From positions 1 to 64,000 of the forward strand of contig CAVYZN010000033.1 in assembly GCA_963773065.1 (NCBI GenBank): a stretch of DNA of 64,000 bases, read 5' to 3'. A program made the position numbers and the translations under genes. The number at the start of each line of letters is the position of its first letter. The first letter of the stretch is position 1. This stretch comes from an uncultured Gammaproteobacteria bacterium. Its GTDB lineage: Bacteria > Pseudomonadota > Gammaproteobacteria > UBA9214. The notes under the pieces were generated by a model. That model was not told the DNA's origin and ran no database searches. It was given only the letters and a program-made list of their open reading frames with translations. Below, one piece after another: positions 1 to 9,619 of the stretch.

Positions 1-1029
1 ACGCCGCCGGCGTTCCTTGCCTCGCGGTTGCTGAACCTGCCCCAGAAACTGCGCGTGGCCGCTGAAGTGCTCATCCCGCGCCGGCGCGATGACGGCGATG
101 AGACCCTGCAGAGCTTTGGCTACCGGCGGGTGGGCAAGGCCTTCACCGATGTGTTCCTGGACGCCATGACCGCCGGGATCTATGCCACCACACCGGCGCG
201 GGTGTCGGTGAACGCCGCCTTCCCGCTGGTGGTGCAGCTTGAGCGCGAATACGGCGGACTGTTCCGCGGCATGCTCGCGCGCCGCAAGCGCCAGGCGGGG
301 CCAGGCGGCATCCTGATGAGTTTCAAGGGCGGGGTCGGGAGCTTCATCGGCCACTTGCAATCGGTTTTGCGCGCCGACTGGCGTCTGGGCGTCCCGGTAA
401 CCGGCATCCTGCGGGATGCCGCCGGCTACCGGGTGCTCTCGGCGGCGGGTGAAGATCGCGTGGACCGGGTGGTGCTCTCGGCCACAGCACCCGCGGGGGC
501 CGTTATGTTGCGGGGCCTGGACGCGCAACTTGCGTCGCGGCTTGCGGCGATCGATTACTCGCCCGTTGCCGTGGTCGGCTTCGGCTATCACCATCTCGAT
601 CACCCCCTAGACGGTTTCGGCCTGCTCACCACCACGGCGGCCGGGCTGTCGATCCTGGGTGTGCTCTGGGACAGTAGCATATTTCCCGACCGTGCCCCAG
701 CCGGCGGCAAGTGTCTGCGGGTCATGATCGGCGGCCAGCGCAATCCGGAACAGATGCGACAGGATGAGGCGGGGCTGCTGGCCGCCGCGCGCGCCGGCAT
801 CCGTTTGACCATGGGCGTGGACGCCGAGCCCGACGTGAGTTTCGTGCGGCGCTGGGAATACGGCATCCCCAATTACCCGGTAGGGCACTTGCGGGCCATG
901 GAGGACCTGTTCGCTCACGCGGCGCGCTATCCCGGTCTGCATCTGAACTGCAATGCCTACCGCGGCATCGCCATGAACGACTGTGTGCACAACAGCCGTG
1001 AACTGGCCCGAGTGCTGTGCGCCGGCTGA
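1..1029 (+). CDS. hemY: FAD-dependent protoporphyrinogen/coproporphyrinogen oxidase (HemY-type), 5' end outside window
   Basis: Open frame from base 1 (TPPAFLASRLL...). Motifs GIYA...SVNAAFP, SFKGG, GFGLL, LGVLWDSSIFPDRAP, IPNYPVGH and NAYRGIAMNDC are typical of HemY-family oxidases. Confidence 0.85.
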   Translation, partial: TPPAFLASRLLNLPQKLRVAAEVLIPRRRDDGDETLQSFGYRRVGKAFTDVFLDAMTAGIYATTPARVSVNAAFPLVVQLEREYGGLFRGMLARRKRQAGPGGILMSFKGGVGSFIGHLQSVLRADWRLGVPVTGILRDAAGYRVLSAAGEDRVDRVVLSATAPAGAVMLRGLDAQLASRLAAIDYSPVAVVGFGYHHLDHPLDGFGLLTTTAAGLSILGVLWDSSIFPDRAPAGGKCLRVMIGGQRNPEQMRQDEAGLLAAARAGIRLTMGVDAEPDVSFVRRWEYGIPNYPVGHLRAMEDLFAHAARYPGLHLNCNAYRGIAMNDCVHNSRELARVLCAG

Positions 1030-1057
1030 GTCTGCCGCCGCGATGCCGGGTCGTCTG

Positions 1058-2810
1058 TCAGGCCAGACCGGGATTGTCGCCGACATTCTTGAGCTTGGGC
1101 TCATTCAGCTCGATCCGGCTGATGGTCTTTTTAGCGCGCAGGTATTCGGTGACCACGTCCCAGATCGGCACGCCATCCGGCTGCTCCTGCACGCTCGCCC
1201 AGCCGGCGACGGCATACTCCTTGTTCGGGTCGATAGGCTTGCCATCCAGTTCCATGTCCGATATCCGGCCGCCGATGTCCGCGCCCGGATCAATCGTGTA
1301 CCTGAGTCCGCCGACCCGCACCATGTCGCCGCCCTGCTGGTAATAGGGGTCCTTGTTGAACAGATTGTCCGCGACGTCTTCGAGGATTTCCTTTATGCGG
1401 GCGCCGGTCATGTTGTTAAGGGTGGTGATCGGATAGGTGATGGCCGTCTGGCTCATGACATGATCGAGGGTGATGGCCTCGCCCGGCAGCACGCTGACGC
1501 CCCAGCGGAATCCGGGTGAGAATGAAATCTGCGCACCCTTGACCTCGATGAGCGCGTCACAGATCAACTGATCAAAGGTGCCGTTGAAATTGCCGCGCCG
1601 GTACAGTACCTCATCGGTCATTGCCAGCGTCTGGGCCAGTTTGTCCTTGTAGGGCGCGCGCACCTTTTCGATGTAGGTGTTCATGACAGGATCGGGTTCT
1701 ATCAGGTTGGAGAATACCGGCAGCAGCCGGTAGCGGTAGTCCCGGACCTTGCCATCTTTGACATCCAGGTCCAGGACCCCGAGGAACTGGCTGTTTGACC
1801 CGGCATTGGTTACCAGCGTCTTGCCGGCGGCATTCTCCACCACGACCGGCGCCGGGACGGCGTCATGCGTGTGTCCCCCCATGATGGCATCGATTCCCGT
1901 GACCCTGGATGCCATCTTCAGGTCGACATCCATGCCGTTGTGGGACAGCACGATGACGACCTGGGCGCCTTCCGCCCGGGCCTTATTCACCGTTTTTTGC
2001 ATGTTCTCTTCGCGGATGCCGAAACTCCAGTCCGGCACCAGGTAACGCGGGTTGGCGATCGGCGTATAGGGAAAGGCCTGGCCGATGATGGCGGCTGGTA
2101 CGCCGTTGATATCGCGCAGGCTGTAGGGTTTGAAGACGGCCTCTTCCCATGCAGTGTCGACGATGTTCTGGGCGAGGAAATCGATCTTGCCGTGGAAGTC
2201 ATTTTCGACGATCTGCATGACCCGTTCGGCGCCGAAGGTCATCTCCCAGTGCGCCGTCATGATGTCTACGCCCAGCAGAAGCTGGGCATCCACCATATCC
2301 TGGGCCTTGGGTCCACAGTGACGTGCCCGAGCCTTGCCAGGTGTCGCCGCCATCGAGCAGCAGTGAGCCAGGACGCTGGGCGCGCAGTTTCTTGACCAGG
2401 GTGGCGAGGTGGGCGAAACCGCCGGTCTTGCCGTACTTGCGCGCGGCCTGGACGAAGTCGAGGCAGGTAAACGCGTGCGCCTCAAGAGCGTCGGGCTTGA
2501 TGCCGTAGTAGGCGAGAAACTTTTCTCCAACCAGGTGCGGGGGCTTCCCCTTCATGCTGCCGACACCGAGGTTGATGCTGGGTTCGCGGAAATAAACCGG
2601 GAGCAGTTGCGCATGACAATCCGTGTAGTGCAACAGCGAGACATTGCCGAAGGGCGGCACTTCATAGGGATCGGCGGGTGCCCGCGCCGGTTTGTTCCCG
2701 GCGGCGGTTGATTGCCCGGTTTTGTTGCCCGATTCGCAGCCCGACAGGTTGAAGCCGGCGGCGCTGGCAATAGCCAGCAGGCGGAGGAATTCACGACGTG
2801 ACAGATTCAT
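1058..2810 (-). CDS. soxB: Thiosulfohydrolase SoxB (one frameshift near 2310)
   Basis: Tat signal MNLSRREFL. Motifs LLHYTDCHAQLLP, LLDGGDTWQGSG, AHWEMT, LSHNGMDVD, GGHTHD, YRRGNFNGTFDQ and YQQGGDMVRVGG. Split over ORFs 2199..2810 and 1058..2530. Confidence 0.95.
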
Positions 2811-2876
2811 TGTCGGCTCCGCGTTTTCTTGAACGGCCAGGTTGCAACGGGATCAACCGCGTCCAGTTAACGGGAT

Positions 2877-2907
2877 AAAAAAAGCCCGACTTGCACCACG
2901 TCGGGCC
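2877..2907 (-). terminator. Rho-independent terminator between soxA and soxB
   Basis: Stem GCCCGAC/GTCGGGC followed on the minus strand by a T7 tract, about 25 nt after the soxA stop. Confidence 0.75.
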
Positions 2908-2929
2908 TTGCCAGCCAAGGCATCTGAGG

Positions 2930-3766
2930 CTACTTGCGGGTGCCGGGGCCGTTGATTTTCAGCCCGTTGCTGATATAGGTGTGAAAGTACTCAAGATCCC
3001 GGTACTCCTCGCTCTGGGGCGCGTAGGGCTTGGCGCGAACCTGCTCGTTGCATCCAATATAACGGCGGTGCAGCGTGCCCAGATCACCCCAGGTGGAGCG
3101 GTAGGCGGGGAAGTGACCGGTCTGACCAATCGCCGGACTCAGGATGTCGGCGCGGACCTTGTTGCCGGCGTTGGCGATATGGCAATCGGCGCAGGACATA
3201 TTGAGCTGGCCCCGCTTGGCGAAGAAGCTGGCCTTGCCGCGTTCATAGGCCGCCAGCGCACGCGGGTCATCGGGGATAACAACATTGATCACCTTGCCCC
3301 GTGAGGTGTAATTCATGTAAGCGGAAATAGCGGCGAGGGGCCCTTTTTCGAAATTCAGCGGTTCTTCGCCATTCGCCTTACGGCACTCGTTGATGGCTAA
3401 TTCCAGGGTGATCACGCGACCCGACTTCGTGTCAAAGAACGGATAACGATTGGTAATGCCGATGCCGCCATTGTCGAAACAGCTAGCATACGTCTTGCCG
3501 TTCTTGAAGGGCGTATTGAAAAGTTCCTTGCCCTTTTCGAGGTCCAGCTCGTAAGGCGGAAATTCTTCAATCGCCTCCCACTGTTCCCGCGACGCGGGAT
3601 CGATGGCGTAGACGCCATTGATGAAGTCATCTTTTGGGGTATTAGGAAAACGCTTGTAGAAGTAAGACCTGAGTTTTTCCAGGTCTTGTTCCGGGGTGGC
3701 GTGTGCGGGCGGCGTGATGATGCCCAGCAGACTAATTACTAGCGATGCGGTCAAGAGTTTTCTCAT
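2930..3766 (-). CDS. soxA: Sulfur oxidation c-type cytochrome SoxA (monoheme, SoxK-associated type)
   Basis: Signal peptide. Single CADCH heme motif; the N-terminal site is reduced to YASCF...INECR. Active-site region HFPAYR...LHRRYIGCNEQVRA and C-terminal GPGTRK. Confidence 0.95.
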   Translation of the reverse strand: MRKLLTASLVISLLGIITPPAHATPEQDLEKLRSYFYKRFPNTPKDDFINGVYAIDPASREQWEAIEEFPPYELDLEKGKELFNTPFKNGKTYASCFDNGGIGITNRYPFFDTKSGRVITLELAINECRKANGEEPLNFEKGPLAAISAYMNYTSRGKVINVVIPDDPRALAAYERGKASFFAKRGQLNMSCADCHIANAGNKVRADILSPAIGQTGHFPAYRSTWGDLGTLHRRYIGCNEQVRAKPYAPQSEEYRDLEYFHTYISNGLKINGPGTRK

Positions 3767-3815
3767 CGGATCCCTCTCCTAGAGGTCATTAGACAGATAG
3801 GTGTCTCGGTGGATG

Positions 3816-4139
3816 TCACTTATTGGATTGGATTGTGGTTTCACCGGCATCGCTGTTGCCTAGATTGTCGACCCAACTCAATTTCACGGTGTCACCGGTT
3901 TTCCCACCCTTGAAACGGAAAGAAAGATAAGGATTCTTTGATACCGCCGGGCCCCACTCGGCGGTCAGTACCGTGATTCCGTTATGTTCACACACGATTT
4001 CCTGGATGAAATGAGCGGGAATGTTGTTGCCCGTGTTCTTGTCTTTTTCCAGCCCGGTATCCATCGGGTGACTGATAAGGACCTTGATCGTGGTCACGCC
4101 GTCATCACCGAGGGTCGCGCGCATCTTTATGCTTGCCAT
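3816..4139 (-). CDS. soxZ: Thiosulfate oxidation carrier complex protein SoxZ
   Basis: Motifs HPMDTG, IPAHFIQ, AVSKNPYLSF and WVDNLG; follows soxY. Confidence 0.95.
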   Translation of the reverse strand: MASIKMRATLGDDGVTTIKVLISHPMDTGLEKDKNTGNNIPAHFIQEIVCEHNGITVLTAEWGPAVSKNPYLSFRFKGGKTGDTVKLSWVDNLGNSDAGETTIQSNK

Positions 4140-4192
4140 GTTAACTCCTCAATATGCCATAGAGTGTGTGTTGTTCGGTTGTAATGGTGGTG

Positions 4193-4666
4193 TCAGCCCC
4201 CGCAACCGCCGATGGTGACCTTGACCTCCTTGCCCGTGCTGTAGAGCTTGCCACCTGCCTTGACCACAGCGATGACACTGCTGGTTTTGGCCATCTTGAT
4301 GCGGGTGGCGATGAATGCCTCTGTGCCTTTCCCCAGGACAAAGGACGACGTAAGAGGAGAGGCGTTCTTCTCGGCGATGATGCTGATCGATTCCACACCT
4401 TCGATGTTGGTCTCTATCGAGATCGGCACAACGGCGCCGTTTTCGGCGATATCCGGGGCCTTGATCTTGATCTTGTCGCTGCCTGTGAGTGCTGTGCTGC
4501 CGAACAGGCTGTTTACGGCACCATCGATGTTGTTCGCTTCAAATGCGGCCTTGGGCCACGCGGCCAGGACCAGGCGAGGGGTGATCAGGCCGGCGCTGAC
4601 GGCCATACCTATGGCGCCGGTTGCCAGGGAGCTCTTCAGAAATATTCTACGTTTCATGCTGGTCAC
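4193..4666 (-). CDS. soxY: Thiosulfate oxidation carrier protein SoxY
   Basis: Tat signal KRRIFLK, APDIAENGAVVP, and the C-terminal swinging arm VKVTIGGCGG. Confidence 0.97.
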   Translation of the reverse strand: MTSMKRRIFLKSSLATGAIGMAVSAGLITPRLVLAAWPKAAFEANNIDGAVNSLFGSTALTGSDKIKIKAPDIAENGAVVPISIETNIEGVESISIIAEKNASPLTSSFVLGKGTEAFIATRIKMAKTSSVIAVVKAGGKLYSTGKEVKVTIGGCGG

Positions 4667-4699
4667 GAGTGATTCTCCTGATAGTCGGGATAGGTTGTT

Positions 4700-5086
4700 C
4701 TAAAGGGTGTAGACGTATTCGACAATCTGGTCAATTTCCTCTTCGGTGAGTATCTGATGCCGGCCGAAGGGGGGCATGATCGTGTTCGGGTTGGCCACGG
4801 TCGCATCCCAGATCTGGGCGCGAAGTCTTGTCTTATCGGGATAACGCAGCTTCATACCGACAAGCGGGGGTGCAATATTGCCGGGTAACGTGCCATCGTC
4901 CATGGCATGGCAGGCAAGACAGTTGCCTTTGGCGCGATCGAATGCGACGTCCTTCCCCTTTTCAACCACGGTCATTTCCTTGTCTGCCGGGAACGAGGGG
5001 GACGCGTACCCAAGCACCGCAACCCCGGTCAGGGCAGCACAACAGATTAATACGGTTTTGATCATGCTCCAGGCGTTATGCCGCAT
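4700..5086 (-). CDS. soxX: Sulfur oxidation c-type cytochrome SoxX
   Basis: KGNCLACH heme motif, GNIAPPL and TIMPPFG; upstream of soxY. Confidence 0.95.
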   Translation of the reverse strand: MRHNAWSMIKTVLICCAALTGVAVLGYASPSFPADKEMTVVEKGKDVAFDRAKGNCLACHAMDDGTLPGNIAPPLVGMKLRYPDKTRLRAQIWDATVANPNTIMPPFGRHQILTEEEIDQIVEYVYTL

Positions 5087-5141
5087 CGTCGCTTCTCCTC
5101 GGTTACATTTTGCCTAATTTTCTTTCCAGTTGAGTGGTTGT

Positions 5142-5480
5142 TCAGAACCCACGCGGGTGGGCTTTTTCGTAGTTGAACTGGATGATCGCGGCTTCAGCCT
5201 GGTACTTGGCCTTGTCAGCCAATTTGATGGCTGTTGCATTGTCGCCGCTGTCAGCGGCATCCTGCGCTTGCTTTAAAAGGTCCTCGGTGTCTCGCCATAT
5301 CCAGTTATTGTTATTGGCCATGCCGATGGCATCCGAGGCGTTTTTGATCGCCAGCGTGGCTTCGGGACTGGCTTTGGATGCCGTGGCAGCCTCCTTCTTT
5401 TGCTGGTTGGCACAACCCACACTAACGGCGGATGACAGCAGTACGATTGCCAATAGCTTTAGGGAAAGAAATTTCTTCAT
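5142..5480 (-). CDS. soxK: SoxXA-binding protein SoxK, probable lipoprotein
   Basis: Small Ala-rich helical exported protein with a WIWRDTEDLLKQA...A.KLADKAK.QAE pattern, directly upstream of soxX. Signal ends in VSVGC. Confidence 0.75.
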   Translation of the reverse strand: MKKFLSLKLLAIVLLSSAVSVGCANQQKKEAATASKASPEATLAIKNASDAIGMANNNNWIWRDTEDLLKQAQDAADSGDNATAIKLADKAKYQAEAAIIQFNYEKAHPRGF

Positions 5481-5608
5481 GCTGGAACTCCCGTTGGTAG
5501 GTAATGGCGGGTATTTGTTGGTGCTTGTTATTGTTGATGATAGAAACGCCGAACGACCGTATCATTCCTATTTAATAACTGTCAAGGCATGATCGGTTCA
5601 CGTCCGTT

Positions 5609-7080
5609 TCATTTTTTCATCTTGTTTTCCTCCTCAAAAATCGCCTCGAGTTCCTTCTGCCTGGCCTCAATACGAGCGCTATCATAGTCACTCAAGTGCG
5701 GTTCGTGACTGGCCAGTTCCAGTTGTTGAATCGCTTCACGGGTAAAGCCATTGAGATAGTAGTACTGGGACATGGCTTCATGCATTTCCACCTTTCGCCC
5801 CGTGGCCTCGGCCGCCTGCGCCAGTAGTTTGTATACCTGGGGATTGCTGTACTGGTCCTTGCGGATATCGGAAACCAGCTTATAGGCCTGGGGCGCCTCG
5901 TTCGCGACGATCAATGTACTGGCGTAGGGCAGCAGCAATGTCAGATTGCCGGGGTACAGGGCAAGACTATCCTTGTAGATTTTCAGTGCCTGGATATAGT
6001 TGCCGCCGTGTTCATAGACGTTTGCCTGTGCGAGTCGGTACGCGATGCGATCCGGGTCTTTGCGGTGCAGTTTCTCAAGCAGTTGTGCCGCTTCGCCGGT
6101 TTTGCCTACTGCCGACAGCAGCAGCGCATATTCATATTGTTTGTAGGGTTCGGCATTATCGCTTTTGTCCATGTAACGCTGGAAATCCTCGAACACCTGC
6201 TTCGGGTTGCTGGTTTCAATAACAAACAGTTTCGCGCGGATCAGTTGGAAATCCAGACTGTCTTGGGTTTTCCCGCCGCTATAGCTTTCGGCGCGGGATG
6301 TGGCTTCGGCAATGCGGTCTGTGGTGACCGGGTGAGTCATCAGGAATGCCGGTTGATGGCTGCCATAGAGTCGGGAATTTTTCTGCAGGCGTTCGAAGAA
6401 TCGCGGCATGCCATAGGGATCGTATCCGGATCGCGCCAGTGTCTGGATGCCAAAACGGTCGGCCTCTTTTTCGTTTTCACGGGTGAAGTTGATCTGATAT
6501 TGCGCGCTGCCTGCCGCAACCGCTGAAATGGCCGCCATACCGGCTTCGCTGTTTTGTGTGCCGATGAGCACTGCCGCCAGCATCGCCGCCATCGAAGGCA
6601 GACTCAAACCCTGGGCGGCTTCGAAGGCGCGGGCAAGATGGTGCTGGGTAACGTGCGAAATTTCGTGTGCGAGTACCCCAGCGAGTTCGCTTTCGTTTTC
6701 CGCCGCCACGAACAGGCCGGTGTTTACGCCAATATATCCTCCGGGCCCGGCAAAGGCGTTGATGGAAGATTCATTGACGACAAAGAAGGTAAATTGTTGC
6801 CCCCCTGCCTCGCTGTGGGAGGTGAGACGCTCACCCACGCGAGTTCAGATAACTGGTTATCTCCATATCGTCCAGCACGATGCCGCTTTGGCGCAGTTGG
6901 CGCATCATTTCGGCGCCGAGTCTGCTTTTGCTGCTCGGGGGAGATGGCGGCACCGGCGGATTCCCCGATACTGGGTAAATCCGAGTACAGATTCTGCGGG
7001 TAGGCGGCGCCGGGCAATAACGCGATTGCCGTCGCTAGCAGTAACCACAGGAAGGTGCGTGCGGTTATCTTGATATTCAT
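5609..7080 (-). CDS. bepA: Beta-barrel assembly-enhancing M48 metalloprotease with TPR repeats (frameshifts near 6840-6920)
   Basis: LPSIG, INAFAGPGG, HEISH zinc motif, FTRENEKEADRFG, FLMTHP and a C-terminal TPR-like region. Confidence 0.9.
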
Positions 7081-7285
7081 ATATGTGTGCTGTTTGACAA
7101 TGTGTTGCATGACTGGTTCAGGATTTGCCGCAGCCAAATCCAAGTACGGTGCGAGTAGATGAAGTCTTGCGTTTCATATCGTGTTATCATAAGTTCTCTC
7201 GTGTATTCTAATATATCATCATGATCCGCTGGGTCGGGTCAGAATTAGGTCGCTAACTAAACAGATAGTAACAGGAGATTAAAAA

Positions 7286-7516
7286 ATGGCGGATTTTGAT
7301 GTAGTACTCGATGCCACCGGTCTAAATTGCCCGCTGCCAATTTTGCGTGCCAAGAAGGCCCTGAATGGGATGGAAAGCGGCAAGGTGCTCCGCATCATTG
7401 CGACGGATCCGGGTTCAGTCAAGGATTTTGAGGCATTTGCGAAGCAAACCGGCAACGAACTGCTGGAGTCTACCGAAGAAGGCGGAAAATTCATGTTTCT
7501 GATGAAGAAGGGGTGA
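7286..7516 (+). CDS. tusA: Sulfurtransferase TusA family sulfur carrier
   Basis: LDATGLNCPLP motif and ATDPGSVKDF; 76 aa; AGGAG RBS. Confidence 0.92.
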   Translation: MADFDVVLDATGLNCPLPILRAKKALNGMESGKVLRIIATDPGSVKDFEAFAKQTGNELLESTEEGGKFMFLMKKG

Positions 7517-7534
7517 TGCTGACATCACATATCA

Positions 7535-7581
7535 GGGACCCATAAAAAACCCGGCATGATGCCGGGTTTTTTATGGGTCCC
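7535..7581. terminator. Bidirectional terminator (perfect 23-bp inverted repeat) between convergent tusA and fadL-like gene
   Basis: GGGACCCATAAAAAACCCGGCAT-G-ATGCCGGGTTTTTTATGGGTCCC. Confidence 0.85.
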
Positions 7582-7603
7582 AAAGATACCTGTAAGCACC
7601 GTT

Positions 7604-8987
7604 TTAATTGAATCTCCAATTGACCTGCGCGCTTAATATATCGACCGAGGCATCGTAGTTACCCTTTACCTTGTGAAAGCCGGTATTCAGACCGGTGGTC
7701 GGGTCGTAAGCATCGCTGCTGTCGATCTCGGGATCATCCACGAACAGATGGGCATAGCCGAGATCGAAGGTCAACTTCTTGTTGACCTTGTAGTTGGCGC
7801 CCAAGGCGAGCCAGGTACGACTCTCATCGGGGATGCGCGCCGTGCGCAGTTGCGCATCGGGTGTCGGCGTCTCATCGTAGGCGACGCCGGTGCGAAACAG
7901 CCAGGACTCGTTGTACTTGTAGGCGACGCCGAGCGAATAACGCATGGAGTCGTCCCACTGCAATTGGGTAACGCTTCTGGAGCCATCTTCGATTTGAATG
8001 TCAAGAGATTTCAGCTTGCTCCAGTTGGTCCGGGTGACATCGGCCATGAGTGTCCACTGCGGGGTCAATTGCTGCAATCCGCTGATGGACAGCGAATCCG
8101 GCAGTGTGAGATCGAGTTTGGCATTCTGGGTGCCATTGGCTACATTAAGTGGCGGTGGCAAGCCGGATACTTCTACATCGCCCTCGATCTTCAGATCGAC
8201 CTTGGAGCGGTAGGCGATGCCGAGGCGGGTCTTATCGGTCGGTTCGAGCAGTACGCCGAGATTGTATCCATATCCCCAGTCATTTCCGGTCAGTTTGGCG
8301 TTGCCGTCAAAAGTATTGCTGCCGGGAGTCCAGGGTATGGGTATCCCTAGCAGCGCTGCTCCTAGACCGCCATCGACGGCCTGGGTCAGTTCACCGTCCG
8401 CGTACAGGGCGCTGACTCCAAAACCGACGGAAGCGCGTTCATTGATCTTGTAGGCAAATGAAGGGTTGATATTGACGGTGGTGAGTTCCGACTTGATGGC
8501 GTTGTAGCGTCCGACCCAGTTGTCACTGTAATCGGTTTTAAGACCGAATGGCCCGTTCACGGTCAGGCCAAACCAGAGTTGGTCATTGTATTGGTGGGAG
8601 TAGGCGCCATGCGGAACCGCGGTGCGTCACACCCAGATCGTCACTGTTCTTGCCCTGGATGGGTACTCCGGCTAGACCACTTGCCTGGATGGCGGGGTTG
8701 TCCGGGTTGTAAAAGCCCTTGCCTGAAAACTCGACATCCGATCGGACGATATGTACGCCACCCGTGGCATTCTGCCCGTCCAGGCGCGTCATGCTGGCCG
8801 GGTTGAAAAAGATGGTGCTGGCATCGTCGATACCGGCAGAGCCATTCGCATAGGCGGTGCCCATGCTGCTGACGCTTTGCTCGATTAGTGCGAATCCGCC
8901 TGCATCGGCACCGACTGAGGTGAGCGATGCAAGCCCGGCGAGACCGAAGACCCAGGTACGACGAACATAAGGGTGATGTTTGCCCAT
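7604..8987 (-). CDS. fadL: OmpP1/FadL-family outer membrane transporter for long-chain fatty acids or hydrophobic compounds (frameshift near 8600-8630)
   Basis: GGFALIEQSVSSMGTAYA, DDASTIFFNPASM, PFGLKTDY, NINPSFAYK, G.AYDETP...RTARIPD..R and a C-terminal aromatic beta-strand. Confidence 0.9.
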
Positions 8988-9132
8988 TATTGCCTCCTAA
9001 GATGGTTGTAACAGGGTTTTCAAACGAACTGTGTTGTGAATATGTCCGCGACGGCAGCGTTCAACTATCCAGTTCCCCCAACTGTGTCGTGCACACTACA
9101 ATATCCGAGGTATATAAACAACATAATGTATA

Positions 9133-9146
9133 TAGTTAGCTAACTA
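9133..9146. promoter_or_regulatory. Perfect 14-bp palindrome, candidate operator upstream of fadL-like gene
   Basis: TAGTTAGCTAACTA in the AT-rich fadL/LysR intergenic region. Confidence 0.45.
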
Positions 9147-9619
9147 ATTGACATGGCTATATACCATCGCTTATTCATCTGTAGTGATAACACAACAAAA
9201 TACTAATAGAACCTTCTTACTCTACCCAAGGATTACTCGAAGCGCACAGGGATGAGAGTGATTTTCCGGACGACGATTGATGCAATCGGCGACAGGCTGA
9301 ACTGGCGGTTTCTACGCGTGGTTTCGGCAACTACGGATTGTTTGTCTGCGGGGTACGGCGACGCTAAGGCAATGGGCGTGACAAGTGCGATGATGACGAC
9401 TGCACAAGACCCCGCAACCATCTCGGTCTATCCGGAAGGATTACCTGACGTTGAGGATGACAGTCGCCACGTCCAGCAGCATCGGAATGCAGACAGGTTG
9501 TCCATTGCCATGCGCTGCCCAGATGGGATTGGTGTATGGCTTGAAGTTATTTTATAGTCTCAAGGGTTTACATCCGACCCCGGGTGAATGGCGCGGATTT
9601 CACCCACGAGATCGAGACT

